Source of the DNA: an uncultured Candidatus Saccharibacteria bacterium
Lineage (GTDB): Bacteria > Patescibacteriota > Minisyncoccia > Phycocordibacterales > UBA6065
Length of the DNA stretch: 64,000 nucleotides
Direction of reading: 5' to 3'
Assembly (NCBI GenBank): GCA_964368835.1
Contig: CAYJCZ010000002.1
Location: forward strand, 83,893 to 147,892
Shown piece by piece: positions 57,736-64,000 of this stretch (position 1 is the stretch's first letter; each line of letters starts with the position of its first letter). A program made the position numbers and the translations under genes. A model generated the notes under the pieces. That model saw only the letters and a list, made by a program, of their open reading frames with translations, was not told where the DNA came from and did not search any database.

Positions 57736-59712
57736 TTATATTGTGAGAAGTACTGGGATGACGACTGGTCGTTTCGCAGTTTCCTGGAAGAGATGTCGTG
57801 ATACCGAGTCCGTGACGTTTGCCTTGATCATTTCAACGTTGAGTGGGTTCATACCTCGTGCAGAATCCTCGATTGTATCCTTGATGATATTACGAGTGTC
57901 TCTCAAAAGGTCCTGCGACTCACGAAGATATACGAATCCTCGAGAAATAATATCAGGTGATTTTCGAAGTCGTCCTGTCTGAGCATCAAGAATTGCAAAG
58001 ACAATAAACATACCGTCTTGTGCGAGCATCTGTCGATCTCGGATAACAACCTCCTGGACATCACCCACAGCAAATCCGTCTACAAGCACGAGATTTGATG
58101 GAGCCTTTTCCTTAAGTACGCGGATAGACTTTCCTCCATCGTAAATTTCTACGATAGAACCGTTGTCTGGAACAATAACGTTCTCCTTTGGCACACCAAT
58201 AGACTGAGCGAGCTCTGAGTGCTGGCGGAGCATGTAATGCTGGCCGTGAAGTGGCATAAAGAATCGATACTTGATTTGCTCGTGAATCCACTTGAGCTCA
58301 TCTCGGTTTCCGTGACCCGATGCGTGGATGTCAGAGTCAAGATATGTGATAACCCGCGCCTCTGATCGGTAAAGGTTATCCTTGAGCTTTATAACCGCAT
58401 TGTAGTTGGTAGGGATGATAGATGAAGAAAGAAGTACGGTATCAGTCTTTCGGAGCTGTACGTGCTTGTGCTGCTTTGTTGCCATACGCATAAGCGCAGC
58501 AAACTCTTCACCTTGAGCACCTGTTACAAGCATAACGATTCGATCTGGCGGATAGTTATCGATCTCTTCAGCCAAAATAATATTTTTTACATCAAGAAGC
58601 TTCAAGTGTTTGATGATCTCGATGTTAGTCTTCATGCTTCGGCCTTCAACAACAACTTTCTTGCCGTACTTTTCTGCGGCTCGAATAATCGCGATGATTC
58701 GCTCTACCTGAGAGGCAAAGGTTCCGATGATGAGACGTCCTGATGTTGCCTTAATGAATTTTTCGATGTTTTCAATAACAACAGTTTCAGAAAGAGAAAA
58801 TCCTGGTTTCTCAATAGAGGTTGAGTCCATGGTGAGAAGGAGAACTTCTTTGCCGGCAAACTGCTTGTACTGTTCAACTTCTTCTTCTGTAGGAACGCCT
58901 TTAACATTGTCTACTCGCACATCCTCGATAAACACAATGTCTCCGAGAGGAGTCGTGATTACAAGTCCCATTGAGTCAGGAATTGTGTGAGAGATAGGGA
59001 ACGTCCTTACTTTCATAGTTCCACAGTTAATTGTTTCGTTACCTGTGATTACTTTGATATCGAGAGGCTCAAGATGAGGAAATTCCTCCTGGCGCTTCTG
59101 GATCATGATTGCTCCGAACTGTCGTGTATAGACCGTAGGATATCCGATTCGATCAATAACGTATGGAATACCACCGATGTGGTCGAGGTGTCCGTGAGTA
59201 ATAAAGAGAGCCTTGATACGATCTTTTCGCTCTTCAAGGTACTTGGTGTTAGGCAAGATATAGTCGATACCTGGAGTTGCTTCGTCCTTGAACTGGAAAC
59301 CAGCGTCGATAACGATGATGTCGTTTCCAACTTCAATCGCTGTCATGTTCTTGCCGATTTCTTCTACACCTCCAAGTGGGATGATTCGTACTGCGTCACC
59401 GATAGGTGGAATAGGCACTGATACTGATTTATCAGCAGGTGCGCCATTAGGGCGAGTTCCTCCTGCGCCGAATCGGCGAGGTGGACGCTTGTTTCGCATC
59501 ATACGCTTTAGATTGCCGCGTGACATTGGCGGTCGTGAGCCTGTGTGACCTGTCGTATGTCCTGGTGTATGTCCTGTGTGTCCACCTGGTCCACTGCGAT
59601 GTCCTCGATTAAAAGGTCGGCGATTACCACCTCCTTGCCTCATAGGTCCTCGTGGAGCACTCGATGCTTCAGCAGGCTGGCTTTCCGTCTTTGGTTGATT
59701 CTGTTCGTCCAT
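57736..59712 (-). CDS. rnj: ribonuclease J (MBL/beta-CASP) with N-terminal Arg/Gly/His-rich extension
   Basis: FITHGHLDHIGGIPY (HxHxDH), beta-CASP region and C-terminal domain. About 95 aa of N-terminal low complexity including GHTGHTPGHTTGHTG. Confidence 0.9.
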   Translation of the reverse strand: MDEQNQPKTESQPAEASSAPRGPMRQGGGNRRPFNRGHRSGPGGHTGHTPGHTTGHTGSRPPMSRGNLKRMMRNKRPPRRFGAGGTRPNGAPADKSVSVPIPPIGDAVRIIPLGGVEEIGKNMTAIEVGNDIIVIDAGFQFKDEATPGIDYILPNTKYLEERKDRIKALFITHGHLDHIGGIPYVIDRIGYPTVYTRQFGAIMIQKRQEEFPHLEPLDIKVITGNETINCGTMKVRTFPISHTIPDSMGLVITTPLGDIVFIEDVRVDNVKGVPTEEEVEQYKQFAGKEVLLLTMDSTSIEKPGFSLSETVVIENIEKFIKATSGRLIIGTFASQVERIIAIIRAAEKYGKKVVVEGRSMKTNIEIIKHLKLLDVKNIILAEEIDNYPPDRIVMLVTGAQGEEFAALMRMATKQHKHVQLRKTDTVLLSSSIIPTNYNAVIKLKDNLYRSEARVITYLDSDIHASGHGNRDELKWIHEQIKYRFFMPLHGQHYMLRQHSELAQSIGVPKENVIVPDNGSIVEIYDGGKSIRVLKEKAPSNLVLVDGFAVGDVQEVVIRDRQMLAQDGMFIVFAILDAQTGRLRKSPDIISRGFVYLRESQDLLRDTRNIIKDTIEDSARGMNPLNVEMIKANVTDSVSRHLFQETAKRPVVIPVLLTI

Positions 59713-59799
59713 TATATTTATGTATTAATTCCGGTAGTAGTTTTTGACATCGATGGTCTGTGCAAGACTCAATGACAAAAAACACCACCGGTTTTTTGA

Positions 59800-61572
59800 T
59801 TATTTATTAATTATTTCATCTTCATCATCAAGAAAGATATTCCAGACATGGTCTGTCTTTACATACCAATCGTTTACTCCAATGAATCGATCTGAAGGTG
59901 TCGTGATTTCGCCAAGTTTAACTCCCTGTAGTTTTGTAGGTACAGCATAAATGAAATCTGGGCTCCAGAGAAATGCTGCAGGAGTATCCGTGTCGATTTC
60001 TTTCTTAAGAAGAGTGTACTGAGTCGCAATGGCTTCAGTAGAGGTAGCGATACGCATTCGTTCAAGCACTTTATCAGCCGTTGTGTTGGTATACATTGAG
60101 ATGTTAAGTCCTGGATCATTTCTTTGAGATGAGTGCCAGAAAGGGTATAGGTCTGCATTTTTACCTGTAACAATGCCGAAAAGGAGAGCTTCATACTTTC
60201 GGGGACGAATTACGCCCTGATTTAGATCAGCTGGTTCAAATACTTGAACATCTACTGTGACTCCAAGACTTTTCCAATCTTCTTCAATCTTTTTTGCACT
60301 CTCAACAAGCTCAGGAATGTTTGCTGTTGATAGAGTAATAGAAATAGTCGAAGAAGAAGTTTTTCCCTTGAGCTCGACGAGACCTGTTGCTGGATTCTTC
60401 TTCCATTTTGCTGCTGTAAGCACATCGAGCGCCTGCGCTTTTGAAGAAGATGCAGTAGATGTACCGATTATTGTACTTGATACGGTTGGAGGGAGAGGTC
60501 CGTCAGCTTGGCTTCCATAACCAAACAGTACACTTTCAATGATGTTTTCTTTATTAATAGAAAGTGAAAGCGCCTTACGAACCTCCTTGTGAGCGAGGAT
60601 TTCATTCTCGTTTTGATTAAAGAATACTCCGAATACTCGTGTAAGCGGTGCTGACAAGAGGTTTGTTCTGCTTTCAACTATTTTTGCAGAGTTTGGTGTG
60701 AGGTTTGATGCGCTATCAACATCGCCGCTTTCAAGTGCGTTTACAAGATTGCTCTCATTTGAATAAAACCGCAGAGTAATTTTTGAAATGTAAGGCTCGC
60801 CCAACGCGTAGCTTGTATTTGCTTTGAGTGTGAATTCTGTTGGAATTCCATCTTTTGAGCGCTCAATAGAATCGATTTTGTATGGACCTGATCCAATTGC
60901 ACTTAGGTTTTTGTCGCTAAAAGGAATTTGATCGCTTTCAAGATTCTGCCATACGTGTTTTGGCAAAATACCAGAGGTAAGGCTTCCAATAAATGGAGCG
61001 TAAGGTTGCTTGAGTGAAAACACAATCGTGTTCGCATCTGTTTTTTCAACAGTAACACCTTCCCAGTTCACTCGACGAGGACTTTTTAGGGCGCTGTCCT
61101 GAGCTTTTTCGACGGTAAATTTCACATCATCCGCTGTGACTGCAACTCCGTCATGGAATTTTGCATCTTTGCGAATCGTGAATGTGTAGACAAGTCCATC
61201 TGGTGAGATTGTGTATTTTTCTGCCAAATCAGGAATATATGCGCCGTTTGCTGTTGCTTTAAGTAATCCAGAATATACAAGGGTTGTAAGATCTCGATCA
61301 GCATCTGATGCTGCAAGAAGGGGATTAACAAAGCGAGGGGTTCCAACAATACCTTCTACAAGCTCTCCGCCAGTGCTTGGTACTTCAGAGCCGAAGCTAT
61401 AACTTACTTTAGCTGTAAGTGAAAGCACTGCGCCAATAAGGAGCGCTGCGCAAATAAGAAAAAGAGTCTTTTCAGTGATAGAAAATGATGCGATTACGTC
61501 TTGGATTTTTGCGAGGAAAGAGACGTGTCGCTCGCGGGCGAGAGATCGCCATAAGGGAGAATTCTGTTCCAT
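59800..61572 (-). CDS. ABC transporter substrate-binding protein, family 5 (oligopeptide/nickel type), membrane-anchored
   Basis: N-terminal TM helix; SBP_bac_5-type blocks (LLKATANGAYIPDLAEKYTISPDGLVYTFTIRKDAKFHDG, VFFNQNENEILAHKEVRKALSLSIN). Confidence 0.8.
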   Translation of the reverse strand: MEQNSPLWRSLARERHVSFLAKIQDVIASFSITEKTLFLICAALLIGAVLSLTAKVSYSFGSEVPSTGGELVEGIVGTPRFVNPLLAASDADRDLTTLVYSGLLKATANGAYIPDLAEKYTISPDGLVYTFTIRKDAKFHDGVAVTADDVKFTVEKAQDSALKSPRRVNWEGVTVEKTDANTIVFSLKQPYAPFIGSLTSGILPKHVWQNLESDQIPFSDKNLSAIGSGPYKIDSIERSKDGIPTEFTLKANTSYALGEPYISKITLRFYSNESNLVNALESGDVDSASNLTPNSAKIVESRTNLLSAPLTRVFGVFFNQNENEILAHKEVRKALSLSINKENIIESVLFGYGSQADGPLPPTVSSTIIGTSTASSSKAQALDVLTAAKWKKNPATGLVELKGKTSSSTISITLSTANIPELVESAKKIEEDWKSLGVTVDVQVFEPADLNQGVIRPRKYEALLFGIVTGKNADLYPFWHSSQRNDPGLNISMYTNTTADKVLERMRIATSTEAIATQYTLLKKEIDTDTPAAFLWSPDFIYAVPTKLQGVKLGEITTPSDRFIGVNDWYVKTDHVWNIFLDDEDEIINK

Positions 61573-61632
61573 GTATGAAGCTGCCGTAAAGCAGTATTAA
61601 TGTAAGGATTAAGGAATCTAAGTCGAAGTACC

Positions 61633-61866
61633 TTAGCGCAAGAGCGAAAGAATAGAAGTGAGCGCAAAAAGTACGCCAAGCACGATGGTTGCTATAAAGA
61701 GACCTTTTTCAAGGCCGCGTCTTGTATGGAATACCGAGCTCATATTGTCGGAACCTCCGAGTGCACCTCCATTCTGCGCACCTGTGTGCTGAAGAAGGAC
61801 GGCGAGTATAAGGAGTGCCGAAATAACTATCTGGATATACGGTAATACGCTAGAAATCGTACTCAT
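61633..61866 (-). CDS. secG: preprotein translocase subunit SecG
   Basis: 77 aa with two TM helices; LLILAVLLQHTGAQNGGALGGS matches the SecG signature. Confidence 0.8.
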   Translation of the reverse strand: MSTISSVLPYIQIVISALLILAVLLQHTGAQNGGALGGSDNMSSVFHTRRGLEKGLFIATIVLGVLFALTSILSLLR

Positions 61867-61998
61867 GCATGACAGGTTAGCACGGATAAATTACATGCGC
61901 AAATTGATCCCTGCAGGGCATTTTCTTAACACCAGATTTGCAAAAAAGTGTCAAATACTGTAACTTTTAAATTAGGTAGGTCCTAAAACTTCAACCCC

Positions 61999-62133
61999 AT
62001 GCCAACCATAGCCGAAACTATCTTCGTTCTTTTGGCGGTTGCCCTCATCGTTACTGTGTGGCGGGGAATTCGATACAAGAACCCCGCTTGTGATGACATC
62101 GCAGAGGAAAGTCGAAATCCAGATCCGTTCTAA
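61999..62133 (+). CDS. small membrane protein (44 aa), absent from the ORF track
   Basis: MPTIAETIFVLLAVALIVTVWRGIRYKNPACDDIAEESRNPDPF has one TM helix, is followed by a strong terminator, and a TTGCAA -35-like element lies upstream. Confidence 0.4.
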   Translation: MPTIAETIFVLLAVALIVTVWRGIRYKNPACDDIAEESRNPDPF

Positions 62134-62141
62134 AGTCTCAG

Positions 62142-62173
62142 GCCCCGCGCATTCGCGCGGGGCTTTTTTCTTT
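62142..62173 (+). terminator. rho-independent terminator
   Basis: GCCCCGCGC-attc-GCGCGGGGC hairpin followed by TTTTTTCTTT. Confidence 0.85.
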
Positions 62174-62204
62174 GATACCATTTAATCCTCACTGACTTTT
62201 ACCT

Positions 62205-62843
62205 ATGCCAGAGCAGAACAATACAATACTTACATTTCTCGACCGTCTCCTCGATGTTCCAGAAGCAAAGGTTACGTACCTTACTCGAGTTACTTTTATT
62301 GACCGCGTTATACGAGTGTTGTTCCTTCGTTTTCTGCCTGAAAGCGTCACTCCAAACCAGATTACAAAATTTAGACTCCTTTTGATTCCTTTCATCGCAC
62401 TTTTTCTTATTCTGGATATTTATACAATTGCAACGGTGCTTTTCTTGTTTGCCGCCTTCTCTGATGCACTCGACGGCGCCTTGGCTCGAACAAAAAGAAA
62501 AATAACCACATGGGGAACGCTCTATGACCCAATCGCCGACAAACTTCTTATCGGACTTGTTTCTGTAATCATCGTTTCAAAATACATCAGCATATACCTT
62601 GCAGTCTGGATCGTAATTATAGAAATACTGCTCGTTTCGCTCGCCTATCACAGATATAAGGGAAGAGTGGTGCCTGCAAAGATGATGGGAAAGCTCAAAA
62701 TGATACTTCAGTGTGTGGGAATTATCATTCTTTTGCTTGGCGTTGTTCTTGAAGCGCCAATTCTTATAACAATTGCCGCCTACACCCTGTATGTGGCTTT
62801 GTTCTTTGGACTACTGTCACTCCTTGTATTCCGCTCTATATAA
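62205..62843 (+). CDS. CDP-alcohol phosphatidyltransferase
   Basis: DALDGALAR...G...DPIADKLL matches the D-G-x2-A-R...G...D...D signature; multiple TM helices. Confidence 0.8.
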   Translation: MPEQNNTILTFLDRLLDVPEAKVTYLTRVTFIDRVIRVLFLRFLPESVTPNQITKFRLLLIPFIALFLILDIYTIATVLFLFAAFSDALDGALARTKRKITTWGTLYDPIADKLLIGLVSVIIVSKYISIYLAVWIVIIEILLVSLAYHRYKGRVVPAKMMGKLKMILQCVGIIILLLGVVLEAPILITIAAYTLYVALFFGLLSLLVFRSI

Positions 62844-62857
62844 GAGATAATAGGGGT

Positions 62858-63412
62858 ATGAAGAAAACAATCATAATAATTGTAGTAGTTTTGGTCATCA
62901 TTGCTGCGTATTGGGGAACGACCTATAACAAGCTCGTAACCGCAAACACTAGCGCTGATGCTCAGTGGGCTAATGTAGAGACTCAGTATCAGAGACGTTT
63001 TGACCTTATTCCAGGCTTGGTTGAAGCAGCTAAAGCTGTAATGACACAGGAGCAGGCAGTGTTCGGCGCTATCGCAGAAGCACGTACTCGATATGCTGGC
63101 GCAGGTACTCCTAATGAAAAAGCGGCAGCTGCGACCGAAGTTGAGTCAGCTTTCGCACGACTTCTTGTTGTTATGGAAAATTATCCGCAACTCCAGTCGT
63201 CACAAAACGTCTTAGGATTTCAGTCACAGCTAGAAGGAACGGAAAATCGTATTTCAGTTGAAAGATCTCGATATAATGATGAGGTTCGAAGCTACAATCT
63301 TGTAGTAAATCGATTTCCTACATCTTTGATCGCTAATATGTCTGGTTTTGATAGCCGAGTATATTTTGAGGCTGCTGCGGGAACAGAAACTGCTCCAGCT
63401 ATAGATTTCTAA
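62858..63412 (+). CDS. LemA family protein
   Basis: N-terminal TM helix plus the LemA core (YNKLVTANTSADAQWANVETQYQRRFDLIPGLVEAAKA...NYPQLQSSQNVLGFQSQLEGTENRISVERSRYNDEVRSYN). Confidence 0.85.
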   Translation: MKKTIIIIVVVLVIIAAYWGTTYNKLVTANTSADAQWANVETQYQRRFDLIPGLVEAAKAVMTQEQAVFGAIAEARTRYAGAGTPNEKAAAATEVESAFARLLVVMENYPQLQSSQNVLGFQSQLEGTENRISVERSRYNDEVRSYNLVVNRFPTSLIANMSGFDSRVYFEAAAGTETAPAIDF

Positions 63413-63417
63413 ATATA

Positions 63418-64000
63418 TGAAGAGGGTTTTTCTCAAAGCTCTCATTGTTGTGGCGGCGTTCACGGTGGGCGTGAACGCCGCTTCGGCATATGTAAGCCCG
63501 GGAAAACCTACTGGATTTGTTAATGACTTTGCTCAGATTCTCACAGCCGATCAGAAAAGCAGTCTTGAACTTAAAATCAAAGAGTATCAGCGACCAGCTG
63601 GCGTTGAAATCGCCGTGGTAACAATCCCAACACTTGATGGGGATACGATAGAAAACTACGCGGTAAAACTTTTTGAAGAATGGGGAATTGGAAATGAGCT
63701 TGATGATAACGGGCTCTTACTATTAATAGCACCCAACGAGCGCGAGGTCCGCATTGAAGTGGGATATGGGCTTGAGCCAACAATAACTGATATTGCATCA
63801 TCAGTAATCATTCAATCAATAATCATTCCTGCGTTTAGAGACGGAAATTACTTTACGGGCATAGACGAAGCAACCACAAAAATAATGGGGCTTATTGACG
63901 CAGATCCAGAAACACAGAGATTTATATCAGATAACACTGAGAATTCATCTTCACCTGATTTTTCTTCACTTTTCGGAATCGCGTTTCTGTTTCTGTTTCA
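63418..64000 (+). CDS. TPM-domain protein (YgcG/TLP18.3 family), 3' end beyond window
   Basis: Signal peptide; FVNDFAQILTADQKSSLELKIKEYQRPAGVEIAVVTIPTLDG...LLLIAPNEREVRIEVGYGLE is a TPM domain. This gene classically pairs with LemA. Confidence 0.8.

Noticed and set aside
61867-61998. Possible tRNA suggested by a GGCGGGG...CCCCGC segment (62080-62100)
   Set aside because: The loop is too long (about 15 nt) and no acceptor, D or anticodon arms can be formed. It is part of the micro-ORF coding sequence.
61972-62181. 69-aa minus-strand ORF between secG and the phosphatidyltransferase gene
   Set aside because: It reads through a plus-strand terminator hairpin and lacks signals. The plus-strand 44-codon micro-ORF with a terminator is the better explanation of this interval.

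Overview
The window is 64 kb of a compact bacterial genome at about 45% GC. Genes are short and tightly packed, many encode N-terminally membrane-anchored proteins, and gene content (LexA, RNase J, SecG, DEAD-box helicase, DsbB-like, LemA/TPM) fits a Patescibacteria (CPR)-like or similarly reduced lineage, though taxonomy is uncertain. The dominant feature is a roughly 18 kb putative surface-display locus. It begins with a 5,359-aa secreted protein (3622-19701) that carries about 50 Gly-rich GLUG-like repeats, 14 tandem fibronectin-III domains, a poly-Gly linker and a canonical C-terminal dockerin. Immediately downstream are two paralogous signal-peptide proteins, each with a cohesin-like beta-sandwich domain and a C-terminal transmembrane anchor (19704-21771). 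This suggests a self-contained, non-cellulosomal cohesin-dockerin system that tethers the giant protein to the cell. A membrane-anchored GH5-like glycoside hydrolase follows. A second giant surface protein (47389-52488) has 9 PKD domains, 2 Calx-beta-like domains, a peptidoglycan-binding domain and a 3-helix membrane anchor. Other notable items: (1) tRNA-Gln(CUG) ends 1 nt before a gene encoding a DCD (PUA-like, EVE/YTH-related) domain fused to a PD-(D/E)xK-like nuclease, a candidate modification-sensing restriction or defence enzyme; (2) a degenerate 16S rRNA-derived fragment (about 22186-22410) lies in a 650-bp non-coding gap; (3) a lexA gene is preceded by a small ORF and a perfect GAAC-N4-GTTC (Cheo-type) SOS box; (4) a self-contained promoter, 300-nt leader, SD-preceded micro-ORF and terminator unit sits at 40837-41338; (5) a secreted protein ends in a VPDSG/PEP-CTERM-like sorting signal. 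The rest is housekeeping and accessory enzymes: PIF1-like helicase, DEAD-box helicase, ABC-F ATPase, PLD-like protein, NERD, cyclophilin, GIY-YIG, M23 peptidase, flavoproteins, a molybdopterin oxidoreductase with FNR-like partner, a DsbB/thioredoxin pair, MFS transporter, oligopeptide-type SBP, SecG, CDP-alcohol phosphatidyltransferase, and LemA plus a TPM-domain protein. Many of these are followed by clear rho-independent terminators.
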